Translations under genes and position numbers: made by a program
Assembly: GCA_964504665.1 (NCBI GenBank)
Contig: CAZDEH010000006.1
Span: forward strand, 1 to 53,865
Direction: 5' to 3'
Source: an uncultured Gammaproteobacteria bacterium
Lineage (GTDB): Bacteria > Patescibacteriota > Microgenomatia > Daviesbacterales > UBA10151
DNA: 53,865 nucleotides
Shown: positions 46,834-53,865 of the stretch, piece after piece
How positions within the stretch are numbered: the first letter of the stretch is position 1
Layout of the letters: each line of letters starts with the position of its first letter
Notes under the pieces: model-generated
Told to the model about the DNA's origin: nothing
Databases searched by the model: none
The model's input: only the letters and a program-made list of their open reading frames with translations

Positions 46834-46853
46834 TTCTGCCCAGAAAGACCAGT

Positions 46854-47264
46854 ATGTTTTTGGGCGAATACAACACTAAATTTTCCGGACATGGAAGAAT
46901 TATCTTACCGAAGAAATTCCGGGGAGAGTTATCAGGATCTAAAAAAATAATACTTAGCCGGGGGTTTGAAGGTTGTATATGGGGCTATTCAATAAAAAAA
47001 TTTACTGGTGAGGCAGAAAAACAACTATTAATTTCTGCAACAGAAGAAGGAGCTAGGTATATAAGAAGGTACTTATTCTCTGGGGCTGAAGAAACCTTAT
47101 TGGATAGTCAGGGTAGGTTTGTAATATCAAAAAGGTTATTGGAACATGCAGAAATTAAAGAGGAAGTAATTTTAATAGGAGCAGGGGATCATTTTGAAGT
47201 CTGGAAACCTCAAAAATGGAATGAGCTGATAAAGCAAATAATTAAGAAAGGTAAAAAAGAATGA
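46854..47264 (+). CDS. mraZ: Transcriptional regulator MraZ
   Basis: MFLGEYNTKFSGHGRIILPKKFR and a second half-domain, LDSQGRFVISKRLLEHA..GAGDHFEVW. This is the duplicated SpoVT/AbrB-like MraZ architecture. Confidence 0.92.
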   Translation: MFLGEYNTKFSGHGRIILPKKFRGELSGSKKIILSRGFEGCIWGYSIKKFTGEAEKQLLISATEEGARYIRRYLFSGAEETLLDSQGRFVISKRLLEHAEIKEEVILIGAGDHFEVWKPQKWNELIKQIIKKGKKE

Positions 47265-47345
47265 GAATAATTAGAAAAATTTGGATTTTGAATACACTAA
47301 TCAAGCTATGGCTATCGCCTGTTAAATAATTAAATTAATAAAAAT

Positions 47346-47663
47346 ATGCAAAGAATGCACTTTGAGGAAGATAATAGACATTCAAGGGTCCTTCGCTTTG
47401 TGGTTGTAGGTTTAGTGCTTTTTTTGACTGTATTGTCTGCTGAAATCTGGGTGATAAATCGTTTATCAACCTACGGAGATAAAATTTATCAACTGCAACA
47501 GGCAGAAGCTAGTGTAGAACTAGAAAATCAAGTATTAGCTAATTCTATTGCAGAAGCCTCGTCGATGGCAGCCTTGGAACAAAAGGCTGTATTGCTTGGG
47601 TTTAACACGATTAACCAAATTGAGTATATTAAAGTTTCTGACAAACTCGCATCTGCCAAATAG
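47346..47663 (+). CDS. ftsL: FtsL-like bitopic cell-division protein
   Basis: 105 aa with one TM helix (VVVGLVLFLTVLSAEIWVI) followed by a coiled-coil-like segment. It occupies the canonical position upstream of ftsI. Confidence 0.6.
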   Translation: MQRMHFEEDNRHSRVLRFVVVGLVLFLTVLSAEIWVINRLSTYGDKIYQLQQAEASVELENQVLANSIAEASSMAALEQKAVLLGFNTINQIEYIKVSDKLASAK

Positions 47664-47666
47664 CTT

Positions 47667-49421
47667 GTGATGAGGCTCAAAATTGTTAAGATAATTTATT
47701 TTTCACTTTTGTTTTTTATCGTAGTGAGATTATTTTATTGGCAGATGATTCGTTTTGATGACATGTCTGCTTTAGCCGAAGCACAACATTTAAAAGTATC
47801 GTCACTCAGTGCTCCCAGGGGCTTAATCTTATCTAAAGATGGGGGAATTTATACTACAAATAAGCCAGTATATTCTTTATTTGCTACTCCAGGATTTATT
47901 AAGGATAAAAAAGCTGTGGCTTCGGAACTTGCTGATGTTTTTGCCTCAGAGGACTTTAAAAAAACACTGACAGATAACCACCTGACTGTTGATACAGAAA
48001 ATCCTGTTTACCAGAAATTACTTACGTCCTATAAGGATGATATTTTATCTAAACTTAATCAAAAATTAGATTGGATAGCTTTAAAATATAACATTGAGCT
48101 CAGAGTAAAGCTGAATATAGATAAATTAAAGATAGATGGATTAGGATTTGAAGAAACTAGTGCTAGGTTGTATCCTGAAGCTTCTTCAGCTGCACATATC
48201 CTGGGTTTTGTAGGCTCTGACGAATTAGGCAACCAAAAAGGTTATTTCGGTATTGAAGGGTATTACGATCGTCAACTCCGTGGTGTTAAAGGAGAAGTGA
48301 CTGAAGAAAAAGACGCAGATGGTTTACCGATATTGCTTGGAAGATTTCTACAACAAGACGCTAAGAAAGGTTATGAACTAACTTTGAATATTGATCGTAG
48401 CGTTCAGTATATTGTTGAGAAAAAACTTAAAGCTGGCATAATAAAATTTGGGGCTAAATCTGGTTCTGTAGTTATTATGGATCCAAAAACCGGTGCAATA
48501 TTAGCTATGGCAACACTGCCAAACTACGATCCAAATGATTATACAAATTATCTAAAATCATCATTTAAAAATCCTATTGTAGCTGATACTTACGAACCAG
48601 GTTCGACATTTAAAACTTTAATTATGGCAGCGGGTATTAATGAAAAAGTAGTGACGCCCGAAACTATTTGTGATGAGTGTCAAGGTCCTGTTGAGATTGG
48701 TGAGTATAAGATACGTACTTGGGATAATGAATATAGAAAAAATGAAACGATGCAGGAAGTGATCACACAATCAGATAATACGGGAATGGTTTTTGTAGGA
48801 AAAAAACTAGGTGAGAATAAACTGTATGAATACATACAGAAGTTTGGTATTGGAGAGCCAACCAAAATTGATTTGGAAGATGAAATTAGTTCAGATCTGA
48901 GACTAAAAAAGGATTGGAAAGAAATTGATTATGCAACCGCAACTTTTGGGCAGGGAATCGCTGTAACCCCAATTCAAATGGTCAGAGCTATAGCAGCGAT
49001 AGCAAATAAGGGATATTTATTAGAACCCCACGTTGTGAAGTCGATTAATATGAATAATAAAGTTACAGAAATTAAACCTAAAATAGTTGGGCAACCAATC
49101 TCAGAAGAAACAGCTCAAACTGTGAAAAATATGATGGTTGAAGCTGTGGATAAAGGAGAAGCTGGAAGTTATGCTCCTAAAAACTACAAAATTGCAGGTA
49201 AAACTGGTACAGCCCAGATTCCAATTGCAGGACATTATGATCCCACAAAAACAGTGGCTTCTTTTGTGGGTTTTGCTCCCGCTGATAACCCAAAGTTTAT
49301 CATGTTAGTGCGTTATGATGAGCCTAGTTCTTCTATTTACGGAACCTCAACTGCAGCCCCCACTTTTTTTGAAATTGCCAACGAACTTTTTTCTTACTAT
49401 CAAATTATACCAGATCGTTAA
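47667..49421 (+). CDS. ftsI: Class B penicillin-binding protein / peptidoglycan D,D-transpeptidase
   Basis: N-terminal TM helix, then the active-site motifs STFK (EPGSTFKTLI), SDN (QSDNTG) and KTGT (AGKTGTAQ). Confidence 0.9.
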   Translation: MMRLKIVKIIYFSLLFFIVVRLFYWQMIRFDDMSALAEAQHLKVSSLSAPRGLILSKDGGIYTTNKPVYSLFATPGFIKDKKAVASELADVFASEDFKKTLTDNHLTVDTENPVYQKLLTSYKDDILSKLNQKLDWIALKYNIELRVKLNIDKLKIDGLGFEETSARLYPEASSAAHILGFVGSDELGNQKGYFGIEGYYDRQLRGVKGEVTEEKDADGLPILLGRFLQQDAKKGYELTLNIDRSVQYIVEKKLKAGIIKFGAKSGSVVIMDPKTGAILAMATLPNYDPNDYTNYLKSSFKNPIVADTYEPGSTFKTLIMAAGINEKVVTPETICDECQGPVEIGEYKIRTWDNEYRKNETMQEVITQSDNTGMVFVGKKLGENKLYEYIQKFGIGEPTKIDLEDEISSDLRLKKDWKEIDYATATFGQGIAVTPIQMVRAIAAIANKGYLLEPHVVKSINMNNKVTEIKPKIVGQPISEETAQTVKNMMVEAVDKGEAGSYAPKNYKIAGKTGTAQIPIAGHYDPTKTVASFVGFAPADNPKFIMLVRYDEPSSSIYGTSTAAPTFFEIANELFSYYQIIPDR

Positions 49422-49460
49422 GCGCAGACAAGTTTTTATAGAAGAGATATAATACCTTCA

Positions 49461-50675
49461 ATGATTAGAAAAGTTAGAAAGATTATTCCTCATTTAGTTA
49501 TAAACTATGGTAAACATTTGCCAAAGGCGATCATAGCGAATGTAAAACATGGTTTTCCTAGTACAAAACTTCATATTATTGGTGTGACAGGTACTGATGG
49601 CAAAACAACCACAGTCAATATGATTTATCAGGTCTTAAAAGATGCTGGAAAAAAAGTGTCAATGATTTCCACCATTAATGCTGAAATTGGTGGAAAAAGC
49701 TATGATACAGGGCTGCATGTTACCAGCCCCGAACCTTCAGATTTACAGAAATTGATGAAAAAAGCTTATGAAAATGGTGCTGAAATAATGGTACTTGAAG
49801 TATCATCTCATGCTCTGGAACAATTTAGAGTTTGGGGCATCAATTTTGAAGTTGGGGTTATCACAAATATTACACCTGATCATCTTGATTATCATAAAAC
49901 CTTCGCTAATTACCTTAAAGCTAAAGCTAAGTTAATTAAAAATGTTAAGTGGGCTATATTAAATAGAGATAATCCGTCATTTGATCAACTAAAAATGATG
50001 ACTCATGGAAAAATTTTGACCTTCGGAGAAAAAAGAAATGCTAATATAAATCCGTATACTTTTCCTCTAAAATTAAAGATCCCTGGAGAGTTTAATGTTT
50101 TAAATGCTGAAGCAGCTTTTTTAGTTGGAAGATTGTTTGGTATTGAAGACAAACAGCTAAAAAATAGTTTAGAAAATTTTAAAGGTTTGACCGGCAGAAT
50201 GGAGGAAATACCAAACAATCTTGGTATTAAAATATTTATTGATTTTGCTACAAACCAAAACTCACTGGAAAATACTTTAAAGACTTTGAGAAAACAGACT
50301 AAGGGTAATCTTATTGCAGTTTTCGGCGTACCATCAGAAAGAGATAGCCGCAAAAGACCTTTGATGGGTGAAGTGGCCGCAAGACTTGCCGATGTTACGG
50401 TTTTAACTGAAGACGATCCTCGATTTGAAGATAGAAATAAAATAATAGAAGAAATTGCCGAAGGGTATTATAAAGTGAAAGGGAGAATTGATAAAAATCT
50501 TTACAAAGAAGTAGACCGGGCAAAAGCTATCCATTTGGCAATTAATTTAGCTAACAAAGGAGATACAGTAGGACTTTTTGGCAAAGGGCATGAAAAGTCT
50601 ATCAGTTTTATGGGGAAAGAGATTCCCTGGTCTGATCATGATGCTGTAAATAAAGTGTTATGGAAGAAAAAATAA
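49461..50675 (+). CDS. murE: Mur ligase, MurE-type (UDP-MurNAc-L-Ala-D-Glu: diamino-acid ligase) with a very short N-terminal domain
   Basis: P-loop IIGVTGTDGKTTT already at about aa 40. Also EVSSHAL, ITNITPDHLDYH...YLKAKAKL, EDDPR and GKGHE. Confidence 0.82.
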   Translation: MIRKVRKIIPHLVINYGKHLPKAIIANVKHGFPSTKLHIIGVTGTDGKTTTVNMIYQVLKDAGKKVSMISTINAEIGGKSYDTGLHVTSPEPSDLQKLMKKAYENGAEIMVLEVSSHALEQFRVWGINFEVGVITNITPDHLDYHKTFANYLKAKAKLIKNVKWAILNRDNPSFDQLKMMTHGKILTFGEKRNANINPYTFPLKLKIPGEFNVLNAEAAFLVGRLFGIEDKQLKNSLENFKGLTGRMEEIPNNLGIKIFIDFATNQNSLENTLKTLRKQTKGNLIAVFGVPSERDSRKRPLMGEVAARLADVTVLTEDDPRFEDRNKIIEEIAEGYYKVKGRIDKNLYKEVDRAKAIHLAINLANKGDTVGLFGKGHEKSISFMGKEIPWSDHDAVNKVLWKKK

Positions 50676-51247
50676 AAATTATTATTGGTCAACTTGGTAG
50701 TTTAAGAATTAAAGAGAACGTGGACTTAGATGAATATATTTTATCTAAACCCGGAACAAAGGCTGCGGCGTTATTTATTGCTACATCTACTACTGAACTC
50801 GTTAAGGCGGTTTCATTATGCAGAGAACTAAAAATACCCTTTCTGTTGATTGGTTCAGGTAGTAAACTTTCTATTAAAGTTATATTTTTTCAGGGTCTAG
50901 TGATAAAAAACCGCTGCCATAATCTAAAGATTTTTGGGGTGAAAGGAAAGGTTTCAAGATCTGGTATCGGTGTAAAGGAAGCATTTATCGAAGCAGACTC
51001 TGGAACTACTCTCTCCGACTTAGCTGCATTTTCTTTAAAACAGGATTTGAGTGGTTTTGAAGATCTATTTAAGCAAATTGGGACTGTTGGTGGGTCGATA
51101 TTGAATAACATATTGCTTAGAGATAGGACCGTTCATATAAATATTTTGGATAATTCTGGAGACAATAAAATGAGAGACTTAGATAAACTACATGGAAATG
51201 ATGTTGTTTTGAAAGCTATCTTTCATCTTAAAGCAAAGGAAGTTTAA
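50660..51247 (+). CDS. Truncated MurB-like protein (FAD-binding-domain homologue only; probably not a functional UDP-N-acetylenolpyruvoylglucosamine reductase)
   Basis: 195 aa. KAAALFIATSTTELVKAVSLCRELKIPFLLIGSGSKLSI, GLVIKN and LSGFEDLFKQIGTVGGSILNN parallel the MurB segments (..GG.A....P.s.eel......a.....p...lG.GSNll, the ..G.vi segment, and ..lsGlE...gIPG.vGGAv.MNAG). The protein ends where the MurB C-terminal substrate domain would begin. Confidence 0.55.
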   Translation: MEEKIKIIIGQLGSLRIKENVDLDEYILSKPGTKAAALFIATSTTELVKAVSLCRELKIPFLLIGSGSKLSIKVIFFQGLVIKNRCHNLKIFGVKGKVSRSGIGVKEAFIEADSGTTLSDLAAFSLKQDLSGFEDLFKQIGTVGGSILNNILLRDRTVHINILDNSGDNKMRDLDKLHGNDVVLKAIFHLKAKEV

Positions 51248-51282
51248 TATTGACTGTATATAAAGTATAATTTTAGGCGCGT

Positions 51283-52476
51283 ATGGAAATCTCTAAACAT
51301 CCAATTTGGAATAATATCAAAGGTTATAAAAAACCGGTTCATTTAGTAAGGTTTTTTTTGGCTAAACATTTTGCCAGTCTTTTTCCCAAAGCTGTTTTTA
51401 TTGGAATTACTGGTTCTGTGAGTAAAACAAGTACAACGATAAGTTGTTTTCATGTTCTTTCGGAAAAATATTTAACAATTGCAACTGATATTAATTTAGA
51501 TTCTATTTTAAATATTCCTATTACTTTACTTCAAACCAGGTTAAAAACTAAAAAAGTGATACTTGAAATGGGGGTTGAATATCCGGGAGAAATGGATTTT
51601 TATCTTTCTTTAATCCGTCCAGCAACAGCCATAGTTACTAGGATTTCTTATGCACACAGTGAATTTTTGGGAAATATTGACAGTATTTTAAAAGAAAAAG
51701 CCCCTCTTGTTAAACAACTTCCCAAAACCGGTTTTGCAATTTTGAACTTTGATGATCCTTACTGCAGAAGATTGGCGAAAGAAACAGAGGCACGAGTAAT
51801 ATTTTTTGGGACAGATTCTAGAAATTGTGATGTTTGGGTCTCAAATGTTAGATTGGAAGACGGACTTACAAAGTTTGAATTAAACTATGGTGTAGAAAGA
51901 GTAGAAGTTATTTTCAAATTTCTCGGACGTCACATGGTTTATCCAGCATTAGCTGCAGCTGCTTTGGGAATCAGTTGTGATATGAATCTGATACAAATCA
52001 AAAAGGGTTTAGAAAAAGTTATGCCTCTTCCTCATAGATTACAACTGTTGGAAGGAATAAATGGTTTTAACGTGATTGATGATACACATAATTCATCTCC
52101 TGCAGCAGTTGAGGAATCGTTGAATGTTTTAAATGAATTACCGGCACGAAAAAGAGTTGCTATTTTAGGCGAAATGAAAGAATTAGGAAAATATTCGGAA
52201 AACTTTCACCGTTTACTTGCTCAAAAAATATTTAAAGATAAAATCGACCTTGTATTACTCGGATCAGGAGATGCTTTATTTATTGCGGATGAATTAATAA
52301 AATTAGGGTTTCCTGAGGAAAGAGTTGAAGCAAATTTATCTAATACTCAGATAGTTTCCAAAATAATTAGATATGCCAGTAAGGGAGATTTAGTCTTGAT
52401 CAAAGGCTCACATGCTGTCAAACTAAATGAAGTAGTACAAAGAGTTACCAAGCAAAGTAAACACAAAAATGGTTGA
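51283..52476 (+). CDS. murF: Mur ligase, MurF-type (UDP-MurNAc-tripeptide--D-Ala-D-Ala ligase) with a very short N-terminal domain
   Basis: P-loop FIGITGSVSKTSTT at about aa 40. Also EMGVEYPGEM, DDTHNSSPAAV and ILGEMKELG. It sits in the canonical position before mraY. Confidence 0.82.
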   Translation: MEISKHPIWNNIKGYKKPVHLVRFFLAKHFASLFPKAVFIGITGSVSKTSTTISCFHVLSEKYLTIATDINLDSILNIPITLLQTRLKTKKVILEMGVEYPGEMDFYLSLIRPATAIVTRISYAHSEFLGNIDSILKEKAPLVKQLPKTGFAILNFDDPYCRRLAKETEARVIFFGTDSRNCDVWVSNVRLEDGLTKFELNYGVERVEVIFKFLGRHMVYPALAAAALGISCDMNLIQIKKGLEKVMPLPHRLQLLEGINGFNVIDDTHNSSPAAVEESLNVLNELPARKRVAILGEMKELGKYSENFHRLLAQKIFKDKIDLVLLGSGDALFIADELIKLGFPEERVEANLSNTQIVSKIIRYASKGDLVLIKGSHAVKLNEVVQRVTKQSKHKNG

Positions 52477-53482
52477 GCTTTTAGGGCTAATTATTATTTC
52501 TTTTTTTGTCACAAGCTTCTTTCTTTTGCCCTATATTGACTTGCTTTTCTTTTTAAGAGCTAAAAAAATTTCTTCTTCGGAAGTAGTATCAAATAAGAGA
52601 TCAGATACCCCTATTCATGATGCTCTGATGAAGAAAGATTTTACTACTCCTGTTGGTGGAGGACTGTTATTGATACCGATTGTGCTACTTTTGACAGTCC
52701 TATTCTTTTCTATTTCCCATAAAAAAATCAGTTGGGAGATTTTTATTATTTTCTTTACAATGATAACTTTTGGGTGTCTTGGGTTGATAGATGATCTTAA
52801 ACATATTTATTCTAATACCTTAGGAAAATTTAAGGGCTTATCACCTAAAACTATTCTCTTATTTCAAATAGTCTTTTCCTTATCCGTTGCCTTAATGTTA
52901 TTTTTTAAAATTGGCTTAGACAATATCTATATTCCAGTTATCGGTAACGTAATTCTTGGTTGGTGGTACATACCTCTAACGGTTTTTGTCATTGTAGCTT
53001 TTACAAATGCCTATAATATATCAGATGGTCTTGACGGGCTATCTTCAGGATTATTAATAATTTGTTTGTTTGCCTTTTTAGCTTTAGCAAACTCGGTTTT
53101 AGATTTAGATTTAGCAATTTTTGTTGGAATATGGATTGGTGCCTTAATTGCCTACCTTTATTTCAATATTTTTCCGGCAAGAATTCATTTAGGGGATGCT
53201 GGTGCTTTTAGTTTTGGAGCTACTCTCGCTGTTGTAGGTTTGCTGACCGGTAAAATATTGGCTTTGGCTGTAATAGGAGGTATTTATATAGTAATTATCT
53301 TATCCTCACTCTTACAGATAGTATCTAAGAAAATACTTAAGAGAAAGTTACTCCCTATTGCCCCAATTCATATGTATTTTAAATATATTGGTTGGGAGGA
53401 ACCTAAGATTGTAATGAGATTTTGGCTAGCCGGTTCCATGTTGGCCATACTTGGTTTATGGTTAGCACTTCTCTCAAAATAA
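52469..53482 (+). CDS. mraY: Phospho-N-acetylmuramoyl-pentapeptide transferase
   Basis: LGLIDDL, NAYNISDGLDGLSSG, HLGDAGAFSFGATLA and APIHMYF. About 10 TM helices. Confidence 0.93.
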   Translation: MVELLGLIIISFFVTSFFLLPYIDLLFFLRAKKISSSEVVSNKRSDTPIHDALMKKDFTTPVGGGLLLIPIVLLLTVLFFSISHKKISWEIFIIFFTMITFGCLGLIDDLKHIYSNTLGKFKGLSPKTILLFQIVFSLSVALMLFFKIGLDNIYIPVIGNVILGWWYIPLTVFVIVAFTNAYNISDGLDGLSSGLLIICLFAFLALANSVLDLDLAIFVGIWIGALIAYLYFNIFPARIHLGDAGAFSFGATLAVVGLLTGKILALAVIGGIYIVIILSSLLQIVSKKILKRKLLPIAPIHMYFKYIGWEEPKIVMRFWLAGSMLAILGLWLALLSK

Positions 53483-53491
53483 TAAAATATC

Positions 53492-53865
53492 ATGCGAAGG
53501 TTAACTTTACAAAGCAATAATTTTGCTAATTCACCTCATATTGATCTATGGTTGCTTTCTACAGTCGTTATCTTATGTCTATTCGGTCTCTTAATGGTGT
53601 TTGATGCGTCTTCATTTGAGGCCTTTAACGAGTTTGGAGATAAGCTATATCTTATTCGCCAACAACTAATTTCGGCTGGAATAGGTTTTGCTTTTCTATT
53701 TTTTTTTGTTTTTTTTGATTATCATAAATTAGAAAAATATGCCTTTCCGATGCTATTAATTTCAGTGCTTCTCCTTTTGCTAGTATTTGTTCCGGGTTTT
53801 GGTGTGTTGGCAGGTGGAGCTCATCGTTGGCTTAAATTTGGAAGTTTTACTATGCAGCCGGCTGA
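53492..53865 (+). CDS. ftsW: SEDS-family peptidoglycan glycosyltransferase FtsW/RodA (N-terminal part; 3' end lies off-window)
   Basis: From the ATG at 53492 the protein reads MRRLTLQS..DLWLLSTVVILCLFGLLMVFDASS...IRQQLISAGIGFAFLFFF...GAHRWLKFGSFTMQPA. The frame is open to the window end. Confidence 0.85.
   Translation, partial: MRRLTLQSNNFANSPHIDLWLLSTVVILCLFGLLMVFDASSFEAFNEFGDKLYLIRQQLISAGIGFAFLFFFVFFDYHKLEKYAFPMLLISVLLLLLVFVPGFGVLAGGAHRWLKFGSFTMQPA

Noticed and set aside
34017-50353. Nested ORFs 34017-34280, 34931-35131, 36284-36496, 36711-36917, 42208-42453, 44082-44270, 45375-45578, 46162-46407, 48680-48865 and 50003-50353; also 50890-51111
   Set aside because: Each is embedded in a longer ORF that is better supported, either by clear family motifs or by length and context. 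None has an independent coding signal.
50660-51247. Explaining the short MurB-like ORF as the 5' half of a frameshifted full-length murB pseudogene
   Set aside because: Only 35 nt separate its stop from the murF start, and the murF reading frame is intact. No remnant of the C-terminal domain can therefore be present downstream in any frame.
1-53865. Alternative genetic code (TGA recoding), CRISPR arrays, tRNA or other RNA genes, IS elements or integrases, and toxin-antitoxin or phage-defence cassettes
   Set aside because: TGA clearly terminates well-defined genes such as aroA at 5255-5257 and the four +-strand genes whose stops lie in the ATGA junctions at 16868, 30019, 34365 and 37900. All intergenic spacers are shorter than about 120 nt, and none shows cloverleaf potential or repeat-spacer structure. 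I saw no transposase, integrase or recombinase motif and no recognisable defence-gene motif.

Overview
This is an AT-rich, very compact bacterial window. TGA is used as a stop (for example at the end of aroA), so the standard code applies. Many genes overlap by 4 nt (ATGA), and I see no tRNA, rRNA, CRISPR array or IS element. All family calls below come from motif recognition by eye; no database search was run.

The window has three parts:

1. Bases 1-8276 (+): an operon made of the 3' part of a DegT-type sugar aminotransferase, an unrecognised 646-aa protein, an FkbO/Hyg5-like chorismatase candidate, EPSP synthase (aroA), a compositionally odd methyltransferase-like ORF, chorismate synthase (aroC) and a GT2 glycosyltransferase.

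2. Bases 8282-41728: a very large glycan-assembly island. It holds 6 GT2, 6 GT4, 8 polytopic GT-C-like membrane proteins, a Wzm/Wzt ABC exporter, a B12-binding radical SAM enzyme flanked by SAM methyltransferases, a hexapeptide acetyltransferase, an O-antigen-ligase/Wzy-like protein and a PglC-like initiating phosphoglycosyltransferase. An inverted rsmH is embedded in this island.

3. Bases 41747-53865: housekeeping genes, comprising a DUF4012-like protein, recO, glyQS, two small unknowns and a rearranged dcw cluster. The dcw order is mraZ-ftsL-ftsI-murE-(truncated murB-like)-murF-mraY-ftsW. There is no rsmH after mraZ and no murD after mraY.

The best candidate for something undescribed is the chorismate-making plus chorismate-cleaving cassette, with its two unrecognised ORFs, wired into a polysaccharide locus. 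Next come the array of eight GT-C paralogues and the radical-SAM/methyltransferase/ABC module.
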